Part shown: one piece after another, positions 45,755 to 56,149 of the stretch
Layout: each line of letters opens with the position of its first letter
Numbering within the stretch: position 1 is the first letter of the stretch
DNA from: an uncultured Alphaproteobacteria bacterium
Lineage (GTDB): Bacteria > Pseudomonadota > Alphaproteobacteria > HIMB59 > GCA-002718135
Assembly: GCA_902618015.1 (NCBI GenBank)
Contig: CACMYX010000001.1
Coordinates: 252,028 to 316,027, forward strand
DNA: 64,000 nucleotides
Direction: 5' to 3'
Translations under genes and position numbers: made by a program
The notes under the pieces: model-generated
The model's input: the letters and a program-made list of their open reading frames with translations, nothing else
What the model was told of the DNA's origin: nothing
Database searches by the model: none

Positions 45755-46348
45755 ATGAACAAACCTAATCTTCTTTTCCCTACGCCTGTTTGGACTTCTC
45801 AAATAGATGACTATAAAAAATTAAATGAAACTATGTATACTTATATAAAAGAAGCTCAAACTAAAGATCAAAAAGGTATTAATAAAAGTAATATAAAAGG
45901 CTGGCATTCAAAAGACTTTGATTTGAAAGATAAAGAACCTAAAAACTTTATTAATTGTATTTCACCTTCCATTAAAAAAGTAATGATAGATATGAATTGG
46001 GAAAACGAAAGACAAACTATTAAGATTAGTAATATGTGGGCTATTATAAACATTGGGGGATCAACAAACACAAGACACCAACACGGTAATAGTACAATTA
46101 GTGGTGCATATTATGTAAAAGCTCCAAAAAATTGTGGTGATATTATATTTTATGATCCAAGACCTGCTCCTGTATTCTATTACCCAACTGCGACAAGTTC
46201 AAATTTTTTGAATGCTCAAGTTAATGGAATTACGCCCAAAGAAGGTGCCTTAATTTTATTTCCTAGTTATGTAGATCATTCAGTTAATGAAAATTTATCT
46301 AATAACGAAAGAATAGTTATAAGCTTTAATATTACTATTCAAGTGTGA
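45755..46348 (+). CDS. 2OG-Fe(II) oxygenase-like protein (TIGR02466-type)
   Basis: LLFPTPVW N-terminus, H.HGNSTISGAYYV and LFPSYVDHSV motifs. Confidence 0.65.
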   Translation: MNKPNLLFPTPVWTSQIDDYKKLNETMYTYIKEAQTKDQKGINKSNIKGWHSKDFDLKDKEPKNFINCISPSIKKVMIDMNWENERQTIKISNMWAIINIGGSTNTRHQHGNSTISGAYYVKAPKNCGDIIFYDPRPAPVFYYPTATSSNFLNAQVNGITPKEGALILFPSYVDHSVNENLSNNERIVISFNITIQV

Positions 46349-46363
46349 ATAAAATAAAATATA

Positions 46364-47125
46364 CTAAATAATATTTTTTGAGAGATTTTCCCAAGCTTCA
46401 CCAGTTTCAATTTCTTTGAGTGTCCACTGTCCATAAGCAAGATTATTAAATATGTTATAATTTATAATAGGTCTTTCGATGTCCTGAATTTTACCAATAT
46501 GGTTTAGATTGTTATCTGTAAAATATGATGGGACTCCATTTAACATTGCCATGAAACCAGCAGTAGATTGTAGACTTACAAATGCCCAAGCATTTTTTAA
46601 CAATATTGTAAGTGGTTCCTTTGCAAACTTATTATGAATAATGAGTTTTCTATCTGTATATTTTTTTAATAATTTAATTGTATCATCGGTCCAGCTAGGT
46701 ACATTATAAACTTTTTTCATAGTTTCTGATGGTTCTGATAAAATAATATAATCTCCAGATTTTTTTTGATCAAGAATTTTAAGATTTAAATTCTTTAATC
46801 TGTCACTCGGGTAATTACCTTCACCATTATGAACAAAATTATTATACACTATTCTAAAATAACCATCTAAATTAATAATACTAGTACGATTATTTTCAAA
46901 AGATCTTTTTGATTGGTTAAAATACCCATGATCCATATAGTAATAATTTTTAACTTTTTTTATAATATCAAGAGTTCCTCTTAAGACACCATAAGTTGCA
47001 ATTGTTTTGTCATATTCTCTAAATTTATTAACATGACATAAAAGTGAATCTGAACCTTTGGCAAAATTATAACATAGAGTTTTATTAACTATATGATCCG
47101 TATAAATAACAATAGGTTTATTCAT
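46364..47125 (-). CDS. hypothetical protein (possible GT-B-like transferase)
   Basis: 253 aa with no confident motif. The C-terminal ..VSLQSTAGFMAMLNGVP.. weakly resembles a nucleotide-sugar-binding loop. Confidence 0.3.
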   Translation of the reverse strand: MNKPIVIYTDHIVNKTLCYNFAKGSDSLLCHVNKFREYDKTIATYGVLRGTLDIIKKVKNYYYMDHGYFNQSKRSFENNRTSIINLDGYFRIVYNNFVHNGEGNYPSDRLKNLNLKILDQKKSGDYIILSEPSETMKKVYNVPSWTDDTIKLLKKYTDRKLIIHNKFAKEPLTILLKNAWAFVSLQSTAGFMAMLNGVPSYFTDNNLNHIGKIQDIERPIINYNIFNNLAYGQWTLKEIETGEAWENLSKNII

Positions 47126-47206
47126 TTAATAGTATTATAAACTAATAAGTCACTTTATAAATATAATCATTTCTGTTATTTATATTTAAAATATATTTTT
47201 ATTAAT

Positions 47207-47968
47207 ATGTATAGTGTTTTACAAAATAGAAAAAATATCAAATTTAGATTTGAAAAATTTCCTTACTTAATTATTGATGATGCCTTACCTAATGAATTAT
47301 ATGAAAAATTAAGTAACACTTTCCCAAAATATGAAAAAATTATTGGAAATAATGAGTATAAGGAGAATTTTGCGTATAGATATAACGCATTCAATTCGCT
47401 AAGAGACAGTGAGATAGATTCTGAATGGAGAGAATTCATAAAATTTCACACCAGCTATGAATTTTTAGAAGAATTTTATAATGTTTTTGGCGATGCAATA
47501 AAAAAAATTTACAAAGTAGAAAAAGAAAGATTATTTACAAAAGATAATATTGGAGTTCGTTTCGAAAAAAATAATTATTTAAATCTTGATTGTCAGTTTG
47601 TTATAAATACACCCACAAGTGGGGAAACTAAAGTAATTGAACCACACTTAGATAACCCTGTAGAATTATATGCAGCTTTATTATATATGAAGGATTCTGA
47701 TGATAACTCTGAAGGAGGAAATCTTACTACTCATACTTTTAAAGATAAACCCAGTTTTTATGGTAAATCAAGAGTAAGAGAAGATAAAATAAATTTAATT
47801 GAAGAAATAGAATACAAAAGAAATAGATTAGTTATGTTTTTAAATTCTCCATATTCTATTCATGGAGTAACAAAAAGGTCCAAAACTAATTTTTATAGAA
47901 AATATATAAATATAATTGGAGATTATAATTTTGAGTTATTTAATTATAGGAATTTTTTAGAAGAGTAA
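47207..47968 (+). CDS. 2OG-Fe(II) oxygenase-like protein
   Basis: HxD...H arrangement (EPHLDNP ... SIHGV) with beta-rich spacing. 253 aa. Confidence 0.45.
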   Translation: MYSVLQNRKNIKFRFEKFPYLIIDDALPNELYEKLSNTFPKYEKIIGNNEYKENFAYRYNAFNSLRDSEIDSEWREFIKFHTSYEFLEEFYNVFGDAIKKIYKVEKERLFTKDNIGVRFEKNNYLNLDCQFVINTPTSGETKVIEPHLDNPVELYAALLYMKDSDDNSEGGNLTTHTFKDKPSFYGKSRVREDKINLIEEIEYKRNRLVMFLNSPYSIHGVTKRSKTNFYRKYINIIGDYNFELFNYRNFLEE

Positions 47969-47975
47969 GATCAAT

Positions 47976-48821
47976 TTATTTTCTTTTATTGTTATCTGAA
48001 ATCTGATTTGCTGCATCTGCACTTCCACCTTCTTGGGAGCTGTATTCTGTTTTATAGCTTGCTACATCACTTAAGTATTTGCCCTGAAGAGGTATCTTAA
48101 AATTAACATTTTGTAATTTTCTTGTTGCAACAACAAGAAGAATATTTTTTCCTATTTTTTCTTTTGCAATTTCAATCATTTTTGCAAATTTAGAATTATT
48201 TCTATGTGGTTTAATTTGCTCAAATAGTATTGAAAAGTCATCTCCATCTAGTTTAAGTTCAGCCCCATCTCTATTTGCAAGAGATATTTTTATAATTTCA
48301 TATTTGTTTGAAGCAGCTAAATCACCAAAGAAAATTGGATTAAAATTGTAAAATCCATGGTTTATCCAGTCAATAAAAGGAAGTATATTAAGCATTATTC
48401 CATTAACTTTTGTTAAATTATGAAAATTTAAAAATAAAGAAAATTGATTAAAAACATGTTCACCAGTGCCATTATTAATGACAAGATCATACTTTTGATT
48501 AAAATTATATGTTTCTAAAATATTTTTATTTAAATCAAATTGATAACTGTCATAAGCACCATTTAAATCTATAGATTTGTATTCATTAAACCCAATAGAT
48601 ATAAAATAATCCTTAGTTGTAAAACTTTTTTTACTAGATAATTTTTCTAAACTTTCTTTTTGATTAACAGTTAAGGGTTTGTTTTGATTGATTAAATTTT
48701 TGATAAAAATATTATTTATAGAAGAGGTTTGAGATCCTAAATCAATTGCACTAGCATTTTTAGTAGGAATAATATTCCTACATTCCAAAACATTTAACGC
48801 TGCAACAGGATTGAAAGTCAT
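47976..48821 (-). CDS. SAM-dependent methyltransferase-like protein
   Basis: Motif I-like AIDLGSQ and YDLVINNGTGEHV pattern. 281 aa. Confidence 0.45.
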   Translation of the reverse strand: MTFNPVAALNVLECRNIIPTKNASAIDLGSQTSSINNIFIKNLINQNKPLTVNQKESLEKLSSKKSFTTKDYFISIGFNEYKSIDLNGAYDSYQFDLNKNILETYNFNQKYDLVINNGTGEHVFNQFSLFLNFHNLTKVNGIMLNILPFIDWINHGFYNFNPIFFGDLAASNKYEIIKISLANRDGAELKLDGDDFSILFEQIKPHRNNSKFAKMIEIAKEKIGKNILLVVATRKLQNVNFKIPLQGKYLSDVASYKTEYSSQEGGSADAANQISDNNKRK

Positions 48822-48895
48822 AATATTTAATTTTTGTAATATTTATTATTTAGATTAATATCTATAATTAATTTGGTATATTATAGTAAATAGAG

Positions 48896-49471
48896 ATGAG
48901 TAAATATTCAGATAATTATTATGAAATTATTGAAAAATATAAGTTGTTTCATAAAAATGGGATTAAAAATCAACCAGGAATTAGTACTTTTTTAGGATAT
49001 TCTCTCACAAAATGGATTGTTAGAATAAAAGACATAATTAAGACAAATAATTGTCAATCTTTAATTGATTTTGGATGTGGTAAAGCTTTTTTATATAATA
49101 ATAATTTTAAAATTAAGGATGAGGAATTTTCAGGTTTATCTGATTTTTGGAAAATAAATAATATTTATCTATATGATCCAGGTGTAGAAAAATATTCAAA
49201 ATTTCCTCAGATTAAATATGATGGTTTAATTTGTACTGATGTTGTTGAGCATATACCTGAAGATGATGTAATTAATTTTATAGATGGTCTATTTAAATTA
49301 TCTAATAAATTTATATTTGTTGTAATAGCGACTATTCCAGCCACAAAATTCTTTGATGATGGTTCTAATATTCACCTTAGTTTAAAAAACGAAAGTGTTT
49401 GGAAAGATATCTTTGAAAGTTTCAAAAAAAAATATCCTGAAGTTAATCAATATATATATTTTAATGATTAA
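48896..49471 (+). CDS. class I SAM-dependent methyltransferase (paralogue of 19995-20654)
   Basis: IDFGCGKA, LYDPGVEKYSKF, LICTDVVEHIPEDD and SNKFIF are collinear with IDYGCGKG, LYDPCYEKYSKF, LICIDVLEHIPEDD and SNKFIF in the core copy. Confidence 0.65.
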   Translation: MSKYSDNYYEIIEKYKLFHKNGIKNQPGISTFLGYSLTKWIVRIKDIIKTNNCQSLIDFGCGKAFLYNNNFKIKDEEFSGLSDFWKINNIYLYDPGVEKYSKFPQIKYDGLICTDVVEHIPEDDVINFIDGLFKLSNKFIFVVIATIPATKFFDDGSNIHLSLKNESVWKDIFESFKKKYPEVNQYIYFND

Positions 49472-49521
49472 TGTGTTTAAAATAAAAATTTAAAATAATG
49501 TGGATTTGCAAAAAAACTTAA

Positions 49522-51279
49522 ATGTGTGGTATATTTGGAATAACTGAAAAAAATGAAAGTTTAATAAAAAATTTAATAAACAGGTGTAATCATAGAGGTC
49601 CTGACGCTAGTTCAATTTGGTCAAATCAGCATCTTACCCTAGGTCATAATCTTCTATCTATTACCTCTAAGGTACAAGATGGTATTCAGCCGTATGTAAC
49701 ACAAAAAGGAAATATTCTAACATACAACGGTGAGATATTTAATTATGATGATCTCTTAAAAAAATTTAAAAATAAATTTATTCCTAAAACATCATGTGAC
49801 ACAGAGCTACTAGGTTGGTTATTGGACAATTATAATTATTATGATGTAATATGTAATACAATCGATAGCATGCATTCTTTTGTTTTTTTTAATAAAAAAA
49901 ATAATGAAATTGTTTTGTCAAGAGATCATGCAGGCATCAAACCGATGTATTTTACTGAAATAAAAAACGGTATAGTATTTTCCTCTGAAATTAAGTGTTT
50001 ATTAGATATAGCAGTTAATTCTAAAAAAATAGATAGGCTTGCATTAGCATGTACGTGCTTACTTGGTGTGAATGTTTTGAGACAAACATTGTTTAATGGT
50101 ATCTATAAAGTACTTCCAGGTGAAACTATAATATATGATTTATATAAAAAAAAAGTAAAATCTACGTTCAGAAATCTAGTAAAGCCAAATTCAAGAATAA
50201 ACTTTAATGCTGAAGAATTTTATGAAAGATCAATGTTGGCGATTAATAACTCTACGCTTGGCAAAAGAAATTTTGGAATATTTTTATCAGGGGGGCTAGA
50301 TTCATCTTTAATTGCACTTGGTTTAAAAAATAAATTAGGATCACTGAATTCTTTTACAACAATAATGGAACCAAACATACTTGGTAAGGAAGATTATAAT
50401 AGTGATGCTAAAATTGCTAAGCAATTTGCAAAAGACATTAATTTAAATCATAAGGAAATTAAGATAACTCCCAAAACATTTATTGAAAATTGGAATGACT
50501 CTATAAAATTTATTGAAGAGCCAAGGTATAATTGGTGCTTACCAATGTATTATTTTACAAATAAAGTTTTATCTCAAAACAATACTGTTGTTACAATGGC
50601 CGGTGATGTAGGTGATGAAATTTTTGGTGGGTATAGTAAATATTTAAAAATGTTTCATTTAGAAACTAAACCACAAAACTGGGGTGACTTCATTAAAATG
50701 TGGATGAAAAAATTTAGGGCACCTGTTTTACTTAATATGAATTTTAATTATGAAGACTTACACTCTGTTTTAATTAAATCTCTGCCAGAAGAAATATGGA
50801 ATCCTGAAGATATTTCTAACTCTGCAATGGCACTTGATTGTATAACTACTGTTTCTGAAGATTTTTTTTCGAGAAATGATAGATTTGGTATGGCATTTTC
50901 TATGGAAGGAAGGTTTCCTCTATCATCAAAAGAATTCATGAACTATTGCTTAGACATTAAATCTGCATATAAATTTGGCTTAGATTTAAAAGAAACTAAA
51001 TATGTTGTTAAGAATGCATATATGAACAAACTTCCTAAATACATTTTAAACAAATCAAAAACAGGTTGGTCAGCGCCAATAATGGAATGGTTGAAGACTG
51101 ATAAAACTTTAAAAAATAAGTTTGATAATGACATTGGTAGAGATGATGGAATTAAAAAAATAATAATGAAAGAAAACTTTTTGTATAATTCGAATCTTGG
51201 AGATGAATTATCTGGCAAAAGAAAGATTATTTCATGGATGCTAAGATCTTGGTCTCAGGAATTTGACATGTTTTTATAG
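49522..51279 (+). CDS. asparagine synthase (glutamine-hydrolysing)-like amidotransferase
   Basis: MCGI N-terminal nucleophile (Ntn GATase) and SGGLDSS PP-loop. 585 aa. The glycan-cluster context suggests a sugar amidotransferase rather than housekeeping AsnB. Confidence 0.8.
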   Translation: MCGIFGITEKNESLIKNLINRCNHRGPDASSIWSNQHLTLGHNLLSITSKVQDGIQPYVTQKGNILTYNGEIFNYDDLLKKFKNKFIPKTSCDTELLGWLLDNYNYYDVICNTIDSMHSFVFFNKKNNEIVLSRDHAGIKPMYFTEIKNGIVFSSEIKCLLDIAVNSKKIDRLALACTCLLGVNVLRQTLFNGIYKVLPGETIIYDLYKKKVKSTFRNLVKPNSRINFNAEEFYERSMLAINNSTLGKRNFGIFLSGGLDSSLIALGLKNKLGSLNSFTTIMEPNILGKEDYNSDAKIAKQFAKDINLNHKEIKITPKTFIENWNDSIKFIEEPRYNWCLPMYYFTNKVLSQNNTVVTMAGDVGDEIFGGYSKYLKMFHLETKPQNWGDFIKMWMKKFRAPVLLNMNFNYEDLHSVLIKSLPEEIWNPEDISNSAMALDCITTVSEDFFSRNDRFGMAFSMEGRFPLSSKEFMNYCLDIKSAYKFGLDLKETKYVVKNAYMNKLPKYILNKSKTGWSAPIMEWLKTDKTLKNKFDNDIGRDDGIKKIIMKENFLYNSNLGDELSGKRKIISWMLRSWSQEFDMFL

Positions 51280-51322
51280 AGAGAAATTAATAATAAGATA
51301 AATTGAAAAAATTAAATCATAA

Positions 51323-52234
51323 ATGTTTAATATAGGCCTGTCACTATTTACACCATCTCCATGGAATGATCGTATTAGGGATGTCATGTTCAATGCATTA
51401 AATGAAAACGATAAGGTTCATTGTGAGAAAATAAACAATTATCCAGAAAAAAAATTTGATATTTTAATTCTTTGTGGGATCAGGGTTATTTCGAAAAAAA
51501 AATTAGATATTAATCGTCTCAGGCAGAATGCTAAGATTTTAATTGAAATAGGTGATGATGGTATAGATCCTGCAAGGACTTTCGAAGATTACTATTTTTA
51601 TTTTATTCCAACCAATGAACCTCGCTTTGAGCACTACATATATTTACCAAAATTTGTAGATGAAAATTATTTATACCCAGAGCAAACAAATAGAATATCA
51701 GTTTTTGTTGATCATTATAAAAATCAAACAGAACCTGAGAGACAAATTTCAATTAGATCGCTTTTATATATTTTTGAAAATTTAAAAAAATTTAGAGATA
51801 GAATTGATGTATATTTTCACTCGTCTAACGGAATTGAGTTAAATCCTAATGAAATTACAATACCGAGAGATAAAAAAAGTAATTTTAAATTTCTTGAATA
51901 TGCTGAAATAACAAAGTTTTATAGAAGATGTCACATTTTTTTTCCAACCCACAGAGAAACCCAAGGTATGTTAGCACAAGAAATAGGAGCTTGTGGTGGA
52001 TTAACTATTATGCAAGAATGGATGTATCCATTTGAAACGCATCACCAATTCGAACATTTAATATATAATTTTGAAAAATTTGTTGATTTTGAAGCAGTAT
52101 TGGAAAATTGCTTAAAGAAAGAATTTATAAACAAAAATAGAAATAGAGTAATTAAACATTGCTCAATTTCTGTATTTAATAAGATTTTTAATTTTGAAAT
52201 AAATCGAATTCTCAAAAATCATTTTAAAATTTAA
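51323..52234 (+). CDS. hypothetical protein, possible GT4-like glycosyltransferase C-terminal domain
   Basis: FFPTHRETQGMLAQEIGACGGLTI resembles the E..G....EA.A.G.P loop of GT-B enzymes. Confidence 0.35.
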   Translation: MFNIGLSLFTPSPWNDRIRDVMFNALNENDKVHCEKINNYPEKKFDILILCGIRVISKKKLDINRLRQNAKILIEIGDDGIDPARTFEDYYFYFIPTNEPRFEHYIYLPKFVDENYLYPEQTNRISVFVDHYKNQTEPERQISIRSLLYIFENLKKFRDRIDVYFHSSNGIELNPNEITIPRDKKSNFKFLEYAEITKFYRRCHIFFPTHRETQGMLAQEIGACGGLTIMQEWMYPFETHHQFEHLIYNFEKFVDFEAVLENCLKKEFINKNRNRVIKHCSISVFNKIFNFEINRILKNHFKI

Positions 52235-53351
52235 TAACATTCTTTTTAAAATAAACATAGATTCTATTTAGAAAATATCCTGAACATATAATCATAAAAG
52301 GATATAATGGTAACACGAATCTTGCATCAGGATCTAAAAAAGATACTAAAGAAGCTAAGAAATTAAAACATACATAAATTAATAAAAAATTAAAAAAATA
52401 ATCACTCCATAATTTTTTATAAATTCTATATAAAATTTCATAGATAGTTGGAATTAACATTAATGGAATAGTTATATATAGAAATAAATTATGTAAAAAA
52501 GAATACCCAGGTCTCACTCCAAATATATATAAAAAAAATTTTTTTGACATATATTCTATTGTATAAAGTGGATTAGATATCATTACTTTTAGTAAAGCAA
52601 ATAAATTTTTTATTTCGGTTTCAGAATTTATGCCATCAATTCCATATTCGTAATTTCCCCATATAAATTTTCCTGAGACATAGGAAAGTGTAATATAGTT
52701 TATTATCCAACTTGATAAATAATTCAAAATAAAAATGAATATTAATAATAAAATAATTAAAATTAAGTAAAAATATTTTTTTTTATAAGAAGTAAAAGTC
52801 AAATGAAAAAAATAAATGATACAGGTAAAAAATAAAAAAACTGAATGTGCTCTAATTAAAGAAGAAAATATAATTAAAATTATAACTAGTGGCATATATT
52901 TTTTTTTTGCGAATACTAATAGAAATAAAGAAATTATTGATAAATGAACATTTAAAGAGTCAGTAAGTAAATAAAAATCCCAAAATAAAAGAGGTGGATA
53001 AAAAAGATATGATGCTGCGATAAGAATACATATTATCGTATCGAAATTTTTGTAGTGAAAATAAAAATATAAACAACATGCGGCTATAGAATGAACACAG
53101 AATTGAATAAAATAAATTAAATTTACTGATATACCTATCTCTTTAATTAAAAAAATTATTAGAACATATGAAGATGAACAAAAGGCTTTTAAATTTGTAA
53201 ATAATTCATTTAAATTGTTAGAGTAACGGATATATCTCTGAGAATCTGAGCCAACTTTGTAACCATATGTTTCACCAATAAAATAAACAATTACATAAAA
53301 TATTATTAATAAAAAAATTAAATAAATAGATTTGAAATGTTTAGTTATCAA
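52224..53351 (-). CDS. polytopic membrane protein (GT-C / O-antigen polymerase-like)
   Basis: 375 aa with about 10 or more hydrophobic segments. ATGA-type overlap with the upstream GT2 gene. Confidence 0.5.
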   Translation of the reverse strand: MITKHFKSIYLIFLLIIFYVIVYFIGETYGYKVGSDSQRYIRYSNNLNELFTNLKAFCSSSYVLIIFLIKEIGISVNLIYFIQFCVHSIAACCLYFYFHYKNFDTIICILIAASYLFYPPLLFWDFYLLTDSLNVHLSIISLFLLVFAKKKYMPLVIILIIFSSLIRAHSVFLFFTCIIYFFHLTFTSYKKKYFYLILIILLLIFIFILNYLSSWIINYITLSYVSGKFIWGNYEYGIDGINSETEIKNLFALLKVMISNPLYTIEYMSKKFFLYIFGVRPGYSFLHNLFLYITIPLMLIPTIYEILYRIYKKLWSDYFFNFLLIYVCFNFLASLVSFLDPDARFVLPLYPFMIICSGYFLNRIYVYFKKNVIKF

Positions 53352-54043
53352 ACTTTATAAAATCTCCATTTTATTATTGAAATTAAAGCCTTAAAAAAAT
53401 CTATCCACTTAACTTTTTTTCCATCTGTTTTTTTTCTTGGATAGTACTCGACAGGTATTTCAATAACGTCTTTAGCTAATCTTGCTAATTTCCCACAAAT
53501 TTCATTTTCAATATCGAACGCGTTAGATTTTAATTTAAGGTCTTGTAATGTGTTTTTTTTAAATGCTTTAACACCAGTTTCTACATCAGAATAATTCTTA
53601 TTGAATAAAATATTAGTAAACATAGTCAATATTACATTAGCAATATAAAAAATTAATCCATGTGTTGGTTTATACTTTATATTTATGAATCTACTTGCAA
53701 ATACAGTATCTGGATTAAATTTATCAAAACATTCTAAAATATCTGGAATAACATTAACGTTGTATTCTAGATCTGAGTCAAAGAATATAATAATCTCACC
53801 GGTAGCAATTTTTATACATTCTTTCAGATTGCCGCCCTTACCTTTATTGTAATTATTGAAGTTTATTTTTAATTTATCAGATTTATAATTTTCTAATATT
53901 TCCTTTGTTCCATCATCTGAAGCATTATCTGAAACTACTATTTCATAATCTTGGTTCAGTTCTTCTAATTGACTAATACAATTATCTAGAGTCTTAGATA
54001 TATATTTTTTTTCATTAAATACTGGGATTAGTAACGATATCAT
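53348..54043 (-). CDS. family 2 glycosyltransferase (polyprenol-phosphate glycosyltransferase-like)
   Basis: SLLIPVFNE start, VVSDNASDDGT, and DSD (DxD) in IIFFDSDLEY. 231 aa. Confidence 0.8.
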   Translation of the reverse strand: MISLLIPVFNEKKYISKTLDNCISQLEELNQDYEIVVSDNASDDGTKEILENYKSDKLKINFNNYNKGKGGNLKECIKIATGEIIIFFDSDLEYNVNVIPDILECFDKFNPDTVFASRFINIKYKPTHGLIFYIANVILTMFTNILFNKNYSDVETGVKAFKKNTLQDLKLKSNAFDIENEICGKLARLAKDVIEIPVEYYPRKKTDGKKVKWIDFFKALISIIKWRFYKV

Positions 54044-54794
54044 TTAAATAAATTTTTTCTAAATTATTTATAGTATAAATAAATTCTTTTGAGAAATATA
54101 CATTTTCATTCTTCTTTGTAATTAAATTAACAATTGCTCTATTTGATATTAATTTTTTTTTAACAACTATTCTTCTACTTGAGTGGTTATTGGTTGATAT
54201 TATATTTTTTATTTTTCTGAACAAAAAATATATTGGCGTATAATTTCTCATAGAATTTAAATTGTCTATGATTAATTTTTTATTTTGAATATAACTAAAC
54301 ATATATTTGTGAATAAAATTTATATCCTCAAATTTATTATTTTTTGAAAGTACGCCAAATATATTCCCTAAATATATTATTGAAGATTTTTGATATTTTT
54401 TTAAAAATATGTTGTCTACTTTATTGTAAAATTTGGCATAATTCGAAACTTCATTATTAACAGCATGTATTGTTGAGAGTTTATAAATCCAAATATTTTT
54501 TGTTTTTACAATATTAAATACTTGATTTAAATATTTTGTGTATCTTCTATATGAGTTATCGAAATTATTTTGACATTGCGATCTGTTTGGACCATACAAA
54601 AAGAATAGTGTTGTAATATTATTATTATCATTAATAATTTTTTTTAAATTTTCTATGTCTGTAAATATAAAACAATCATTATTAAAAAATTCTTTTATGC
54701 AACTATAGATATATCCATTATTACCTAGAAAAACTGTTTTATATTTTTTGGTGTTTCTTAAATTCATTTTTATCGTGATAATAATTTTGAGCAC
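54015..54794 (-). CDS. hypothetical protein, possibly a divergent SDR-type sugar reductase
   Basis: VFLGNNGYIYSCI resembles a degenerate Rossmann GxxGxxG. Position after the dehydratase and cupin genes fits a 4-reductase. An alternative ATG at 54767 is possible. Extremely N/K/I-rich. Confidence 0.3.
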   Translation of the reverse strand: MLKIIITIKMNLRNTKKYKTVFLGNNGYIYSCIKEFFNNDCFIFTDIENLKKIINDNNNITTLFFLYGPNRSQCQNNFDNSYRRYTKYLNQVFNIVKTKNIWIYKLSTIHAVNNEVSNYAKFYNKVDNIFLKKYQKSSIIYLGNIFGVLSKNNKFEDINFIHKYMFSYIQNKKLIIDNLNSMRNYTPIYFLFRKIKNIISTNNHSSRRIVVKKKLISNRAIVNLITKKNENVYFSKEFIYTINNLEKIYLNDIVTNPSI

Positions 54795-55122
54795 ATAATA
54801 ATAAGTTTTTCTGATTTTTTTTTACTAGAATTTTAAACCATGTTTTTGAATTTATAATTAATAAATGTTTATTTTTTGTATTAATATTAAGTTTAGTATA
54901 TTTTTTATTATAGAATAACGTGAAAAAAAAATTTCCTTGTAGAGGAAAAAAGAGAACTTTATTTTTTTTATGATAAATCCAATTTTTTTCTTTTTTAACA
55001 TTATTCAAATAAAGCTCTTTTATTTGAAAATTTTTTATTTTTTTATTTATAATTTTATAAATTTCAGTCTTATCATTTTTTACAGTCTCAATTTTAATTA
55101 TTTTAAATTTATTACTAGCCAA
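54739..55122 (-). CDS. small cupin-like protein (sugar 3,5-epimerase / ketoisomerase-like)
   Basis: 127 aa. IKELY.. / F.PLQG.F / W.. / LLLCAQNYYHDKNEF spacing resembles FdtA/WxcM/RmlC-type cupins. Low confidence. Confidence 0.3.
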   Translation of the reverse strand: MASNKFKIIKIETVKNDKTEIYKIINKKIKNFQIKELYLNNVKKEKNWIYHKKNKVLFFPLQGNFFFTLFYNKKYTKLNINTKNKHLLIINSKTWFKILVKKNQKNLLLCAQNYYHDKNEFKKHQKI

Positions 55123-56149
55123 AGTATTCCTCTATTTGAGAAATGGAAATTAAATCTGTCTTATTTTTATTTCTATAATAATTTTTATACCAATCAACAG
55201 TTACATTTACTGACTTATCAAACTTATACTTAACCTTCCATTTAAGATATTTATATGCTTTATTTGCGTTAAGTTGCAGCAGTTTATCTTCTTTTATTTT
55301 ATTTTTAATAAATTTGATATTCCCTGTACCCCAATATTCAACAATTTTCTCTGCTAAAATTTCAACTGTTTTATTATTATCTACATTTGGTCCAAAGTTC
55401 CAACTACCACTTATTTTTTTATCTTTATAAAGATACATATTTAACAATAGGTAACCGTTAATTACATCTAAAACATGTTGCCATGGTCTTGTTGCATAAC
55501 GATTCCTAATCTTAATTGATTTTTTTTTATTTAATGCGCTAACACAATCTGGCACAATTCTATATTTTGAAAAATCGTTTCCACCAATGACATTTCCTGC
55601 CCTTGCAGTAGCAACCTTCATATTGAAAGATTCTCTGTATGCATTAATCATGATTTCTGTACAAGCTTTGGATGCACTGTAAGGATCTTTTCCACCTAAA
55701 ATATCTCCTTCTTTATATCCTCTAGACAAAGACATATTCTCATATGCTTTATCTGATGTAATAAAAAGAGATGTTGTATTGCTATTTATATTTTTTAAAG
55801 ACTCTAATAGTTTTAATGAAATATTAAAGTTTGTTTTAAATGTATTGTATGGAGAATGATATGATAGAGGTAAATTTGATTGGGCGGCAAGATGAAATAT
55901 TAAATCAGGTTTAAATTCTCTCAATATTTTTTTAATATTAACAAGATTTAAATCTCTATAAGATTGCCTAAAGTGTTTATTTTTTTTTAAATTTAAAAAA
56001 TTATATTTATTGTATACTTTATCACTGATACCATAAACTTTAGCACCAAAAAATATCAAAGATTGAGTTAGCCAATATCCCTTAAAGCCACTATGCCCAG
56101 AAATAAATATTTTTTTATTTTTATAAAAATTTTTTAAAACAGTTTCCAA
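55115..56149 (-). CDS. rfbG: CDP-glucose 4,6-dehydratase
   Basis: FISGHSGFKGYWL Rossmann motif and YSASKACTE catalytic YxxxK. 344 aa. Follows the cytidylyltransferase gene. Confidence 0.85.
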   Translation of the reverse strand: METVLKNFYKNKKIFISGHSGFKGYWLTQSLIFFGAKVYGISDKVYNKYNFLNLKKNKHFRQSYRDLNLVNIKKILREFKPDLIFHLAAQSNLPLSYHSPYNTFKTNFNISLKLLESLKNINSNTTSLFITSDKAYENMSLSRGYKEGDILGGKDPYSASKACTEIMINAYRESFNMKVATARAGNVIGGNDFSKYRIVPDCVSALNKKKSIKIRNRYATRPWQHVLDVINGYLLLNMYLYKDKKISGSWNFGPNVDNNKTVEILAEKIVEYWGTGNIKFIKNKIKEDKLLQLNANKAYKYLKWKVKYKFDKSVNVTVDWYKNYYRNKNKTDLISISQIEEYFG

